From an uncultured Alphaproteobacteria bacterium (lineage in GTDB: Bacteria; Pseudomonadota; Alphaproteobacteria; RF32; CAG-239), in assembly GCA_949493535.1 (NCBI GenBank), contig CASZWJ010000002.1, positions 119,165-183,164 on the forward strand: a stretch of 64,000 nt of DNA, written 5' to 3'. The position numbers were made by a program, and so were the translations under genes. Shown here piece by piece: positions 28,091 through 37,635 of the stretch; position 1 is the stretch's first letter; the number at the start of each line of letters is the position of its first letter. Under the pieces are notes generated by a model that ran no database searches, was not told the DNA's origin, and was given only the letters and a program-made list of their open reading frames with translations.

Positions 28091-28705
28091 ATGAAAAGTA
28101 TCGTTTCTGCAAAGAAAAAATTAGACCGTAAATTCGGTGTAAATTTGTGGGGTAATACCAAATCTCCTTTAGATAAGAGAGAATATGCCCCGGGTCAGCA
28201 CGGCCAGCGCCGCAAAAAACAGACAGACTACGGCGAACAGCTGATGGCTAAACAAAAGATGAAATTTTACTATGGTAACGTTTCTGAAAAACAATTTCAC
28301 AAATACTATGTTGAAGCAATCAGAAGAAGCGGTGACGCTGCTGAAAACTTCATCGGTATTATCGAATCCCGTTTGGACAATTTGGTTTACAAAGCAAAAT
28401 TTGCTTCAACGATTTTTGCTGCACGCCAGTTTGTTAACCATGGCCATATTTTGGTTAACGGCAAGAGAGTAAATATTCCTTCTTACATGGTTAAAGCCGG
28501 CGATGTTATTGAAGTTCGCGAAAAATCTAAAGCTTTGCCGATTGTTATTGCCGCAATGGAAGCCGGCAACAGAGATTTCCCGGGTTATTTGGAAGTAGAT
28601 TCTAAAAAAATGACAGCTAAATATTCTTTCGTTCCTAAATTCGAAGATGTTCCTTATGCTGCCGTTATGGAACCGAACCTGGTTATCGAGTTCTACTCAA
28701 GATAA
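28091..28705 (+). CDS. rpsD: 30S ribosomal protein S4
   Basis: 204 aa, full-length similarity to S4 ([10 protein letters not shown]4 RNA-binding domain [11 protein letters not shown]...[21 protein letters not shown]). Confidence 0.95.
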   Translation: MKSIVSAKKKLDRKFGVNLWGNTKSPLDKREYAPGQHGQRRKKQTDYGEQLMAKQKMKFYYGNVSEKQFHKYYVEAIRRSGDAAENFIGIIESRLDNLVYKAKFASTIFAARQFVNHGHILVNGKRVNIPSYMVKAGDVIEVREKSKALPIVIAAMEAGNRDFPGYLEVDSKKMTAKYSFVPKFEDVPYAAVMEPNLVIEFYSR

Positions 28706-28725
28706 TTAAGTTATCAAAATTTTGT

Positions 28726-28765
28726 AAAAAGCCTCGAGATTGTATATATCTTGAGGCTTTTTCTT
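28726..28765 (+). terminator. rho-independent terminator after rpsD
   Basis: GCCTCGAGAT-TGTATAT-ATCTTGAGGC + T5. Confidence 0.6.
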
Positions 28766-28814
28766 TAAATGTTTTCAAAGTTATGTTTAAGTAGATTAAC
28801 TTCAAAATGAATAT

Positions 28815-31145
28815 ATGAGGCAGACTGATATGCATGACGTTATAATTGATGATACGAAAACAAGCTTGGCAGCACAAACTTCTGTGCAAAGAGTGGAACG
28901 TAAGCCTCAGAAAAAACGCAGTTTTTCTGTGTATTTAGTCGACTGGGTTGAAAAGGCGCTGATTATTGCATGCCTTATCAGCATTGACTTTCTGGCTTTT
29001 GCAGGAGCTGGAAGTTATCAAATGTTTGATGCCGAAACGTTTTTTACAATGGAAATGTGGTATATTCTTGCCGGAATATTCGCATTGTCTCTTTTGCTGA
29101 TGTATATTCTTTCATTTTCTTCTTTGTTTCAAAACATATTTGTTTCGGTGGTAGTTGCATTGTTTGTGACAGTCATGCTTAATCAGTTTGCCGCGTTTGA
29201 TAAAAATTCCATGCTGGCAAGCTTGGTTGCAACCTATGTGTCGCAAGATATCGGTTTGCTGTTTAATTATGTTTCCCATATTATACTGTCTGTTCTTATC
29301 GGCGTAGTATTTTTCTTCTTTGTTTCTTTTTCTTCAAAAAAACTTATAGCCTGGTTTGTTTTGGTTTTATTCAATATAATGATTGCCGTTATATTTGCTC
29401 AATTCAGCAGCAGAAACGAAAATGTGAAATATAATGTTGTCAAAGAAGATGTTAAAACGGTTGGCGACAAACCCGGAAAACGTTTTATTTTTATCGGTAT
29501 GCCGACCGTCGGTTCTTATAATTATCTGAATGATATTCTTAACGAGCAAAAAACATCCAATAAGGCCGAAGCAGAAGATTTGCGTAAATCTCTTGATATT
29601 ATGCTGGGCTTTTACGCAAAAAATAATTTTATCATGTATCCGCATGCTTATGTGAATGAGTTGGATGCCAATAATAATTGGGGGCAAATCTTTAACATTA
29701 ACAATAATAAAAAACCTTTTGAATATACGCAAAAAAGTATTTCGGTTAATAAGTTCTGGAAATTTAATTATTTGGCTCCCAAATATTTATTTTTGAGAGA
29801 AAATAAACTTTATGACACGTTCAAAAAGGCGAAGTTCGGTATAAATGCATATCAAAGCGGCGGTGTCGAGATGTGTATGGTTAATAATGAGACTGCGGTT
29901 AACCGTTGCGTTGAGAAAAATTCTCTGCCGATAGATTTTGACGGCATGGATTTGTCTTTAGAACAAAAAATTGAAGTTTTGGTCGCACAATGGATTGAAA
30001 GTATGGGCTTGTTTGAGGATTTCTCTTATTCTTACAGCCTGCTGCGCCCGTTTGTGGATGTTGAAACTTTTCCTGTTGTCGGCATTTCTTATAAAAATAT
30101 TGATATAAAAAATTCTTTGGATATTTTGGAGCGTCTGATTAAAGATGTTGACAGCGATACCGGAAACAAGGCTTATTTTGTTAATTTGAATATGCCGGGA
30201 GATACGTTTATTTATGATGAATTCTGCCGGATTAAGCCAATTGAAAAATGGCAGAATAAAATTGACCAGCCTTGGGTGCGGATGATTAGCACTCAAGAAA
30301 AACGCAAAGCTTATGCCGAGCAGCTGCGCTGTGTGTACGGTTCGTTGGAAAAGTTTATGAATGCGTTGCAACAGAGCGAAGCAGGAAAGAAAAGTGTGGT
30401 TGTCCTTCAGGGATTAAGCGGGATTAACGGTATGGCTTCCTTAAATGAGAAAGGTTTTCTTAAGGAGCTAAAAAATAAAAAATATGTTGATATGGCAATT
30501 AAAGATCCTTTGAAAAGCGATTTTAAGATTGCGCATGATATTTGTTCCGCGCCCAATATATTAAAACAATATTTGTATCGTAAAGGGAAATGCCCTGAAT
30601 TAAAAGAGTTTAACCTGCATGTCGATGCGGCCAGAGATTTTGCAAATTCATTGCATAGCCTTACGTTTGACGAGACTTTGATTGAAAATGCAAAAAAGAA
30701 CTTTAATCTCTGGTATCAGGATTGGCAAAAAGCTCAACCGGGGTATGTGCTGAAAGCTAAGCCCGCGTTATTGCCGGAAGAAAAAGAAGTTATGAAAACA
30801 GAGGCTGAAGAAAGAAAAGTTCCGTCAGACGAGGTTGTCGCTCAAGAGACACAGCCGGATGAAGAATCTGTTAAAGATATCCAAACCGCAGAAGAAAAGG
30901 TATCTGAATCTGAGAACGGAGAAAATGTGACGGATATTTTGCCTGAAAAAGAAATTAATGAAGTGAAAACAATGCAAAATCCGGTAAAAGAGCAGGCTGA
31001 AATTCCGGTTGAAAAACTGCCGGCAAAAATTGATGCGGCGGCCGCTGTTGAGGCAAAGCCGCAACCTCAGCCTGTTGAAGGTGTTGATGCTCGGGATGCA
31101 GCTAATGACAATATTCCTTTGGAAAGTTCGGCAAAAGCAGAGTAG
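28815..31145 (+). CDS. hypothetical polytopic membrane protein with large extracytoplasmic domain and acidic E/K/P-rich C-terminal tail (start may be ATG 28830)
   Basis: about 6 TM segments in residues 50-200, no recognisable catalytic motif, low-complexity tail EEKEVMKTEAEERKVPSDEVVAQETQPDEE. Confidence 0.5.
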   Translation: MRQTDMHDVIIDDTKTSLAAQTSVQRVERKPQKKRSFSVYLVDWVEKALIIACLISIDFLAFAGAGSYQMFDAETFFTMEMWYILAGIFALSLLLMYILSFSSLFQNIFVSVVVALFVTVMLNQFAAFDKNSMLASLVATYVSQDIGLLFNYVSHIILSVLIGVVFFFFVSFSSKKLIAWFVLVLFNIMIAVIFAQFSSRNENVKYNVVKEDVKTVGDKPGKRFIFIGMPTVGSYNYLNDILNEQKTSNKAEAEDLRKSLDIMLGFYAKNNFIMYPHAYVNELDANNNWGQIFNINNNKKPFEYTQKSISVNKFWKFNYLAPKYLFLRENKLYDTFKKAKFGINAYQSGGVEMCMVNNETAVNRCVEKNSLPIDFDGMDLSLEQKIEVLVAQWIESMGLFEDFSYSYSLLRPFVDVETFPVVGISYKNIDIKNSLDILERLIKDVDSDTGNKAYFVNLNMPGDTFIYDEFCRIKPIEKWQNKIDQPWVRMISTQEKRKAYAEQLRCVYGSLEKFMNALQQSEAGKKSVVVLQGLSGINGMASLNEKGFLKELKNKKYVDMAIKDPLKSDFKIAHDICSAPNILKQYLYRKGKCPELKEFNLHVDAARDFANSLHSLTFDETLIENAKKNFNLWYQDWQKAQPGYVLKAKPALLPEEKEVMKTEAEERKVPSDEVVAQETQPDEESVKDIQTAEEKVSESENGENVTDILPEKEINEVKTMQNPVKEQAEIPVEKLPAKIDAAAAVEAKPQPQPVEGVDARDAANDNIPLESSAKAE

Positions 31146-31156
31146 GGAGACGATAT

Positions 31157-32209
31157 TTGTATAAAATAGCAAATATTTCATCTGTCTTGCAGTTATCACC
31201 GATTTCCCGAAGGCGTTTGGCTGCATTTTCGCGAAATAAAAGGGCTAAATATTCTCTGTTTATCTTTCTTGCAATATTTATTCTGACGCTTTTTGCTGAA
31301 TTTTTGGCTAATGACAAGCCTTTATTGGTTAAATATCAAGGCGATTTTTATATTCCTGTTATCAGGGATTACAGCGATTTAACATTTGGCGGAGATTTCC
31401 CGACGCCGGCTGATTATAAAGATAAATATACGATTGATAAAATTGAACAAGACGGCTGGCTTTTGATGCCGCCCATACCTTTTTCTTTTAATACGGTAGA
31501 TTATGATCTGGACAAGCCGACGCCGGCGGCTCCGTCTTCGGACCATTGGCTGGGAACAGATGATGAGGGCAGGGACATTCTTGCCCGAATTATATACGGT
31601 TTGCGCTTGTCTGTCGTCTTTGCGTTTTTGCTGACTTTTGTTTCATCTGTCATCGGAATTGCAGCCGGAGCAATACAAGGCTACTTTGGCGGAAAAATTG
31701 ATATTATTTTTCAACGGGTTGTCGAAATTTGGGAATCTTTGCCTCAGTTGTTTATTTTAATTATAATAGCCAGTATTTTTGTTCCGACATTCTGGAGCCT
31801 GCTGTTTGTGTTAATCTGTTTTTCCTGGATTAGTTTGATGCCGATGGTTCGGGCAGAATTTTTGCGGACTCGCAATATGGAGTATGTGAAAGCGGCAATG
31901 GCAATGGGTGCGAGCAATATACGGATAATGTTTAAGCATATTCTGCCCAATGCCGTTGTTGCGACAATTACATTTGTTCCGTTTTTGTTGGCGGAAGCTA
32001 TTGTCTCCTTGACTGCTCTTGATTTTCTGGGTTTTGGTTTACCGCATGAGTATCCGTCTTTAGGCGATTTGGTGCGGCAAGGCAAAGATAATTTACATGC
32101 GCCATGGATTGGAATTACGATTTTTTTGGTGTTATCGACTTTGCTGACTTTGTTGATTTTTATCGGCGAGGGGGTGCGAGACGCTTTAGATGCGAGGAAG
32201 AACCGCTGA
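31157..32209 (+). CDS. yejE: ABC transporter permease, YejE/OppC-like (peptide/microcin C uptake family)
   Basis: N-terminus LSPISRRRLAAFSRNKRAKYSLFIFLAIFILTLFAEFLANDKPLLVKYQG resembles YejE; EAA loop AAMAMGASNIRIMFKHILPN. Confidence 0.75.
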   Translation: MYKIANISSVLQLSPISRRRLAAFSRNKRAKYSLFIFLAIFILTLFAEFLANDKPLLVKYQGDFYIPVIRDYSDLTFGGDFPTPADYKDKYTIDKIEQDGWLLMPPIPFSFNTVDYDLDKPTPAAPSSDHWLGTDDEGRDILARIIYGLRLSVVFAFLLTFVSSVIGIAAGAIQGYFGGKIDIIFQRVVEIWESLPQLFILIIIASIFVPTFWSLLFVLICFSWISLMPMVRAEFLRTRNMEYVKAAMAMGASNIRIMFKHILPNAVVATITFVPFLLAEAIVSLTALDFLGFGLPHEYPSLGDLVRQGKDNLHAPWIGITIFLVLSTLLTLLIFIGEGVRDALDARKNR

Positions 32210-33786
32210 TGCCTTTATTGGAAGTTAAGAACCTTACTGTAGGATTTTCTTCGCGAGATGAACAGCAGGCTTTGGCTGTTGATGATGTTTCTTTTAGTTT
32301 GGATAAAGGTGAAGTTTTAGGCATTGTCGGAGAATCCGGTTCCGGAAAATCGGTTACCGCTCTGTCAATTCTTGGACTTTTGCCTTATCCAAAGGCATAT
32401 CATTTGTCGCAAAGTTCAATTACATTCAATGGGTTAGAACTTCTGAATGCGCAGGAAAACCTGTTGCGCGGTATCAGAGGTTCTAAAATTGGTTTTATTT
32501 TTCAGGAACCGATGTCTTCATTGAATCCATTACATCGGATTGAAGACCAAATTGCAGAAAATCTTATGCAGCATCAGCAGATTTCGAAAAGAGAAGCTCG
32601 TAAAAAAGTTTTGAAATTGCTTCTTTTGACCGGCATTCAGAATGCGCGCAAAAGAATGAAAGCTTATCCGTATGAACTTTCCGGCGGGCAGCGGCAGAGA
32701 GTGATGATTGCAATGGCAATTGCCAATAATCCGGATATTTTGATTGCAGACGAACCGACGACGGCTTTAGATGTGACCGTTCAGCAGCAAATAATTGATT
32801 TATTGTTAAAATTAAAGAAAAAACTTGGTATGGCAATTATTTTTATCAGCCATGATTTGCAGGTTATAAAGAAAATTGCAGACAGAGTTTGCGTGATGAA
32901 ATCCGGAAAACTGATTGAATGCAACAGTACGGCTAATATTTTTTCTAATCCGCAATGTGATTATACAAAGACATTAATTTCAAGCCATTCTCCATTGAAA
33001 ATCAATAATAATGTTTTGGGTGGACCTTTCCTGAGAGTAGACGGCCTGAAGGTGTGGTTTCCGCTGAAAAAGAATTTTTGGGGCAGGGTTGAGGAATATG
33101 TTAAAGCAGTAGACGGCGTGTCTTTTGAGCTTCAACGCAATCAAACTTTAGGCATTGTCGGAGAATCCGGCTCAGGCAAGTCAACATTAGGCCAGTCTAT
33201 TGTTGGTCTCAATAAATTTTCGGGAAATATAATTATTGAAAAACAAGGCGCCAAATCCACAAACAGAGAAAAAGGATTAAAAGCGCAAATTGTTTTTCAA
33301 GATCCTTATAATGCCTTAAATCCCCGCATGACAATTGAAGAAATTGTAAGAGAAGGTTTGGATATCCATTTTTCTCATTTGAGCGATAAAGATAAAATAG
33401 CCAGAGTTTTGATAGTGCTTCAAGAGGTTGGCTTGAATAAAGACGTTTTGAACAAATATCCTCATGAATTTTCCGGTGGTCAGAGACAACGCATAGCAAT
33501 TGCCAGAGCTTTGGTTTTAGAACCGGAATTATTGATATTAGATGAACCGACTTCAGCATTGGATGTGACGATTCAGGCTCAAGTATTAAAGTTGTTGCAA
33601 GATATTCAGATAAAACGCAATTTATCATATATTTTTATTTCACATGATATGAAGGCTGTTAAGGCGATGGCTGATGTTATTGCCGTGATGAAAGATGGCA
33701 AGATTATTGAATTCGGAACAAGTGATAAAATTTTTACTCATCCGGAAAATCCATATACACAGAAATTGATTTTAGCTTCTTTATAA
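32209..33786 (+). CDS. yejF: ABC transporter ATP-binding protein with two fused ATPase domains (YejF-like)
   Basis: two Walker A (GESGSGKS twice), two LSGGQRQR signatures, two Walker B (ILIADEPT, LILDEPT); ATG overlaps yejE stop (TGATG). Confidence 0.85.
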   Translation: MPLLEVKNLTVGFSSRDEQQALAVDDVSFSLDKGEVLGIVGESGSGKSVTALSILGLLPYPKAYHLSQSSITFNGLELLNAQENLLRGIRGSKIGFIFQEPMSSLNPLHRIEDQIAENLMQHQQISKREARKKVLKLLLLTGIQNARKRMKAYPYELSGGQRQRVMIAMAIANNPDILIADEPTTALDVTVQQQIIDLLLKLKKKLGMAIIFISHDLQVIKKIADRVCVMKSGKLIECNSTANIFSNPQCDYTKTLISSHSPLKINNNVLGGPFLRVDGLKVWFPLKKNFWGRVEEYVKAVDGVSFELQRNQTLGIVGESGSGKSTLGQSIVGLNKFSGNIIIEKQGAKSTNREKGLKAQIVFQDPYNALNPRMTIEEIVREGLDIHFSHLSDKDKIARVLIVLQEVGLNKDVLNKYPHEFSGGQRQRIAIARALVLEPELLILDEPTSALDVTIQAQVLKLLQDIQIKRNLSYIFISHDMKAVKAMADVIAVMKDGKIIEFGTSDKIFTHPENPYTQKLILASL

Positions 33787-33796
33787 TTTGTTGAAC

Positions 33797-33812
33797 TCTG
33801 AGAACAAGCTGT
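33797..33812 (+). repeat. 16-mer CTCTGAGAACAAGCTG (copy A)
   Basis: seen three times within 400 bp (copies at 33839-33854 inverted, 34186-34201 direct). Confidence 0.7.
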
Positions 33813-33838
33813 CGTTAGTTTATACGTAATTTTATCTT

Positions 33839-33854
33839 TTGCTCGTTCTCAGGA
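33839..33854 (-). repeat. inverted copy B of CTGAGAACGAGC core
   Basis: reverse complement of GCTCGTTCTCAGGA. Confidence 0.7.
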
Positions 33855-33945
33855 GCCTTTTTAAATATTTATATAATTTGAAGAATAATTATAGATTATT
33901 GGCATACCTTTGAAATTTCAATCCTAAATTAACATAACATATATT

Positions 33946-34110
33946 ATGCGACAAAAGTTTGGTGGCGAATATGGGCGCTCCTCTATTATGTTGTTCTTTT
34001 TCAATCCTTTAAGTATTTTGTCAAAAGTTAACAGATGCGGTAGTTGTTTTTGTGAGTGTAATTTTTGCATTATAATTGTATCTGTAATAATGCCGGAAGC
34101 AATTAACTAA
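33946..34110 (+). CDS. possible Cys-rich micro-ORF (54 aa, MRQKFGGEYGRSSIMLFFFNPLSILSKVNRCGSCFCECNFCIIIVSVIMPEAIN), no obvious RBS
   Basis: ORF ends 8 nt before a strong hairpin terminator; five Cys in 11 residues; could equally be non-coding. Confidence 0.2.
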   Translation: MRQKFGGEYGRSSIMLFFFNPLSILSKVNRCGSCFCECNFCIIIVSVIMPEAIN

Positions 34111-34118
34111 ATATACCG

Positions 34119-34153
34119 AAAAATCCCACAAGTTTAGTTTGTGGGATTTTTTA
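34119..34153. terminator. strong bidirectional hairpin terminator
   Basis: ATCCCACAA-GTTTAGT-TTGTGGGAT (9-bp stem) flanked by A5 and T6. Confidence 0.55.
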
Positions 34154-34185
34154 TTGTGTTTTCAGATAGTTGCTCTGCAAATGCG

Positions 34186-34201
34186 CTCTGAGAACGAGCT
34201 G
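34186..34201 (+). repeat. 16-mer CTCTGAGAACGAGCTG (copy C, direct)
   Basis: 15/16 identical to copy A. Confidence 0.7.
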
Positions 34202-34264
34202 AGTGCGATTTGAGATATATTTATACATCTATTTCAATTTCAGAGCCCTTTTCTTTCGGGAGCT

Positions 34265-34438
34265 TTATTGGGTGAATAAATGATAAATCTTGCTTAAGGT
34301 TTCGGTGAAGCCTGCCTCACCTGTCAAATAACCGCCAAGCAGGAGTGCAACACCTCCCCAAAAAATTTTTCTTCTATAGAAAGGCTTTTTTTCGCCGCTT
34401 GCCGTATAAGTATCTTCGTGGTTGCCAAATCCGAACAT
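34265..34438 (-). CDS. hypothetical small membrane protein, 57 aa (not in ORF track)
   Basis: AGGAG RBS 7 nt upstream of ATG; MFGFGNHEDTYTASGEKKPFYRRKIFWGGVALLLGGYLTGEAGFTETLSKIYHLFTQ with one TM helix. Confidence 0.4.
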   Translation of the reverse strand: MFGFGNHEDTYTASGEKKPFYRRKIFWGGVALLLGGYLTGEAGFTETLSKIYHLFTQ

Positions 34439-34514
34439 TATTTTTCTCCTGTTGTTATTATTTTAAATATAATCTTTGTTTGGCAAATTTTAATATAACT
34501 ATCTGATTATAGTT

Positions 34515-34549
34515 TAAAAAAAACGCCTGAGTATCTATCTCAGGCGTCT
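34515..34549 (-). terminator. rho-independent terminator of the 114-aa membrane protein gene
   Basis: ACGCCTGAG-TATCTATC-TCAGGCGT + T8 on minus strand. Confidence 0.6.
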
Positions 34550-34565
34550 GTTTGCATATAAAAAA

Positions 34566-34910
34566 TTATTTTGTGAACACTACTTTAACCAAATTCAGAA
34601 GATACACAATCCCTAAAAATGCTAAAGTTATGATGCTTAAAGAATATAAGCCCAGACTGTGCCCTCTTACAGCAATTTCCATAATCAAAGCGGCAATAAC
34701 GCCACAACCGATATTGATAAGCCAGTAATGCTTGTTTCCCATGAATATGAATGCACAAACCGCTGCGGAAGCGCAGATCCATAAATCTTTCATATTTTTG
34801 ATAATGGCAATGGCAGCATTTTTTATCAGGTGGATGTTTAAGGCATAACCGGCGGCAATTAAGATGACGATTAAAGCCAGAAAATATAAGTAAGTAGATT
34901 TTTTACGCAT
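34566..34910 (-). CDS. hypothetical small integral membrane protein (114 aa, 4 TM)
   Basis: GAGG RBS, four hydrophobic helices. Confidence 0.5.
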   Translation of the reverse strand: MRKKSTYLYFLALIVILIAAGYALNIHLIKNAAIAIIKNMKDLWICASAAVCAFIFMGNKHYWLINIGCGVIAALIMEIAVRGHSLGLYSLSIITLAFLGIVYLLNLVKVVFTK

Positions 34911-34993
34911 TTTACTGTCCTCTCTTTTAAGAAATGTTGGCTTAAATTATCATTCCGCAAAGATAAAAACAATAACAAAATCTGAGTTGTTAC

Positions 34994-35031
34994 AAAAAGA
35001 AAACCGCTGCCGAAATAATTTCAGCAGCGGG
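34994..35031 (-). terminator. rho-independent terminator of the omp gene
   Basis: CCGCTGCTGAAATTATTTCGGCAGCGG hairpin + T-run on minus strand. Confidence 0.55.
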
Positions 35032-35063
35032 AATTCTTTTATAAAGGAAGTTAAATCAACCTA

Positions 35064-35624
35064 TTAGAATGCATATCTAATACCGGCGGTAACTTCGTTC
35101 ATGCTGTGCAACTGACCGTTTCCGATGTAGTTGTATCTACCCATAATACGGCCGGCAACATTTTCAGTGAAGTTGTACTGAGCACCGAGACCGACACGGT
35201 AACCGACGCGGTTTGTGTCAACAACTTTGCCGCCGTCTTTTTTTACATCAATGTCATAGATGCCGACACCCAAAGAACCTAAAAGTTCAAATTTGCGTTC
35301 GCAGCCGAGAGGCATGTGGCCATAGGCATCAACACCATAAGCGCTGAATTTTGCTTTATATTTTGCTGTGTCTGTGTTGGTTTTCTTCTCGCCGGCCATT
35401 TGATAAAAAGCTTCAATAGAAGAATAATCGCCAATTTTTGTACCAACGCTTACAATACCTGAGTTGAAATCGTTGTTCAGGCCTTTTGATTCTTTTTTGA
35501 AATCTGCATCAGTGTAAGCATAATCCAAACCAATAATCGGTTTGATATCTCTGTAACTCATAGCATTGGCAGCAGTAGCTGAAATTAAGCAAGCAACACC
35601 GGCTAACAATAATGTTTTTTTCAT
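35064..35624 (-). CDS. outer-membrane beta-barrel protein (OmpA-like N-domain/Omp25-OmpW-like small porin)
   Basis: signal peptide MKKTLLLAGVACLISATAANA, alternating amphipathic beta strands, C-terminal aromatic residue (IRYAF). Confidence 0.65.
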   Translation of the reverse strand: MKKTLLLAGVACLISATAANAMSYRDIKPIIGLDYAYTDADFKKESKGLNNDFNSGIVSVGTKIGDYSSIEAFYQMAGEKKTNTDTAKYKAKFSAYGVDAYGHMPLGCERKFELLGSLGVGIYDIDVKKDGGKVVDTNRVGYRVGLGAQYNFTENVAGRIMGRYNYIGNGQLHSMNEVTAGIRYAF

Positions 35625-35784
35625 ATCACATAAACTCCATTTTAATTTATACAGCTAGTCTTTTAGTTCTCAGGTAGTTTGTTTACCTGTTAAGGTATAT
35701 AATTTTGGATAAAGATAATTAAAGGGTACGGGGTAATTTTTTTTATGATATTATGAAAAAAAATTAAAATTAGGAGATTATATC

Positions 35785-36423
35785 ATGGTTTTTATCTGTC
35801 CGGAGAGAGATTGCAGCCTTTGTCCCAGGTTGGTTGGCTATCGTATGGGCAACAGGGAAAAATTTCCGTCATATTATAATGGCCCGGTTCCTCCTTTCGG
35901 TTCTATCAGTTCCGAAATTTTGGTTGTCGGGCTTGCGCCGGGGCTGAACGGTGCGAATCAGACCGCCCGCCCTTTTACAAATGATTATGCCGGAGATGTC
36001 CTCTACCCCATTTTAAAAGAATTTGGATTGGCTGAAGGAAATTATCAAAAAAGAAAAGATGACGGTTTCGAACTTAAAAACATCAGAATTACCAATTCTG
36101 TCCGTTGTGCCCCGCCGCAGAACAAAGTGACGGGAGATGAGGTTAAAACCTGCGGCCGTTTTTTGATTGAAGAAATTAATGATATGAAAAACCTTAAAAT
36201 TATTCTGACGCTGGGAAGCGTTGCCCATTCAGCCGTGCTTGGCGTTTTGGGGTATAAAAAGTCGGCCTTTAAGTTTGCGCATAATGCCGTGCATCATCTG
36301 GAAAAACATAATCTTCTTATGGTTAACTCCTATCATACTTCGCGATATAATATTAATACCGGTGTGTTGACGGAAGATATGTTCAGAGATGTTATCAGAA
36401 ATATCAAATCGTTATTAAAATAA
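35785..36423 (+). CDS. uracil-DNA glycosylase, family 4 (4Fe-4S type)
   Basis: N-terminal CPERDCSLCPRL cysteines, GLAPG motif, C-terminal HTSRYN motif (HPS-like). Confidence 0.8.
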   Translation: MVFICPERDCSLCPRLVGYRMGNREKFPSYYNGPVPPFGSISSEILVVGLAPGLNGANQTARPFTNDYAGDVLYPILKEFGLAEGNYQKRKDDGFELKNIRITNSVRCAPPQNKVTGDEVKTCGRFLIEEINDMKNLKIILTLGSVAHSAVLGVLGYKKSAFKFAHNAVHHLEKHNLLMVNSYHTSRYNINTGVLTEDMFRDVIRNIKSLLK

Positions 36424-36425
36424 AT

Positions 36426-36459
36426 TAAAGGGCTTGTTTAATCCAAGCCCTTCTCTTTT
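36426..36459. terminator. bidirectional hairpin between udg and rnfA
   Basis: AAGGGCTTG-TTTAATC-CAAGCCCTT. Confidence 0.45.
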
Positions 36460-36461
36460 AA

Positions 36462-37037
36462 CTAATTGCCAATTCCGGCAAAGCCCATGAAGGCCATAGA
36501 CAACAGCCCTGCTGTAATCAAAGCAATCGGTGCGCCTTTGACCGCTTCGGGAAGATTGGTTAATGCCAAGCGCTCCCTCAATCCGGCAAATAAAACGATT
36601 GCCAAAGTGAAGCCCAGAGCATTAGCCAAGGCAAAGCAGACGGCGTGAGACAAATCCAAGTCTTTTTGAATTGTTAAAATAGCGACGCCCAAAACTGTGC
36701 AATTGGTTGTAATTAGCGGCAGAAAGATGCCCAAAGCCTGATATAATGCCGGAGAAACCTTTTTTAAGATAATTTCAACCATTTGAACCAAAGCAGCTAT
36801 GACCAAAATGAAAACGACCGTAACCATAAAGGTCAGATTATTGGGCAAAAGCAGCGTATGATAAATCAGATAAGTCGCAATGGTTGACATAACCATTACA
36901 AACATTACGGCGCCACCCATTCCGGCTGAGGTGGAGATTTTTTTGGAAACGCCTAAAAACGGGCAGATTCCCAAAAATTGCGACAAAACAATATTATTTA
37001 CAAAGATTGCCGTTATAAAAATCATGATATAGCTCAT
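36462..37037 (-). CDS. rnfA: Rnf electron transport complex subunit A
   Basis: near-collinear with RsxA/RnfA ([44 protein letters not shown]). Confidence 0.9.
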   Translation of the reverse strand: MSYIMIFITAIFVNNIVLSQFLGICPFLGVSKKISTSAGMGGAVMFVMVMSTIATYLIYHTLLLPNNLTFMVTVVFILVIAALVQMVEIILKKVSPALYQALGIFLPLITTNCTVLGVAILTIQKDLDLSHAVCFALANALGFTLAIVLFAGLRERLALTNLPEAVKGAPIALITAGLLSMAFMGFAGIGN

Positions 37038-37633
37038 TTGGCAGCTCCTCTCACTCGGTTAACAGCCATAATCAATCCGGCCAAGGCCAGAAAGGCTCCG
37101 GGCGGCATGATGAACAGCAGCATTGTCTCGGCCCCCTCTCCTGCAAAGTTCCAGCCGAAAAGCGAACCGGCGCCCAAAACTTCACGCGTTATTCCCAGCA
37201 GGGTTAAAGCCATTGTAAAACCTAAGCCCATGCCGATTGCGTCTAAGAATGACTGATAAACGGAGTTTTTTGAGGCAAAAGCTTCCGCCCGCCCTAAAAT
37301 CAGGCAGTTAACCACGATTAAGGGGATGAAAATGCCTAGTTTGGCATGCAGGGTCGGCAGATAAGCTGCCATGGACAAATCGACAACGGTTACAAAGGTG
37401 GCTGCAATAACAATATAGCAAGGAATGCGCACTTTATCGGGAATAAAATTCTTAACAGCAGAAATGGCGCAATTGGAAAGAATTAAAACGAACAATGTTG
37501 CCAAGCCCATTCCCAATCCGTTATTGGCAGAAGTGGTTACGCCCAAAGTCGGGCACATACCCAGAAGCATAACGAAAATGGGGTTTTCTCTAAAAATGCC
37601 GCGAGTTAAATTTTCGTAACTGGTTTTATCCAT
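37034..37633 (-). CDS. rnfE: Rnf complex subunit E
   Basis: [17 protein letters not shown] and [22 protein letters not shown] motifs of RnfE. Confidence 0.9.
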   Translation of the reverse strand: MDKTSYENLTRGIFRENPIFVMLLGMCPTLGVTTSANNGLGMGLATLFVLILSNCAISAVKNFIPDKVRIPCYIVIAATFVTVVDLSMAAYLPTLHAKLGIFIPLIVVNCLILGRAEAFASKNSVYQSFLDAIGMGLGFTMALTLLGITREVLGAGSLFGWNFAGEGAETMLLFIMPPGAFLALAGLIMAVNRVRGAAK

Positions 37634-37635
37634 GA

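Larger units (their letters stand above)
33797..33862 (+). terminator. long-loop hairpin + T-run immediately after yejF (inverted 12-mer CTGAGAACRAGC arms, 30-nt loop)
   Basis: arms 33799-33810 and 33841-33852 pair 11/12, followed by CCTTTTT. Confidence 0.4.
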
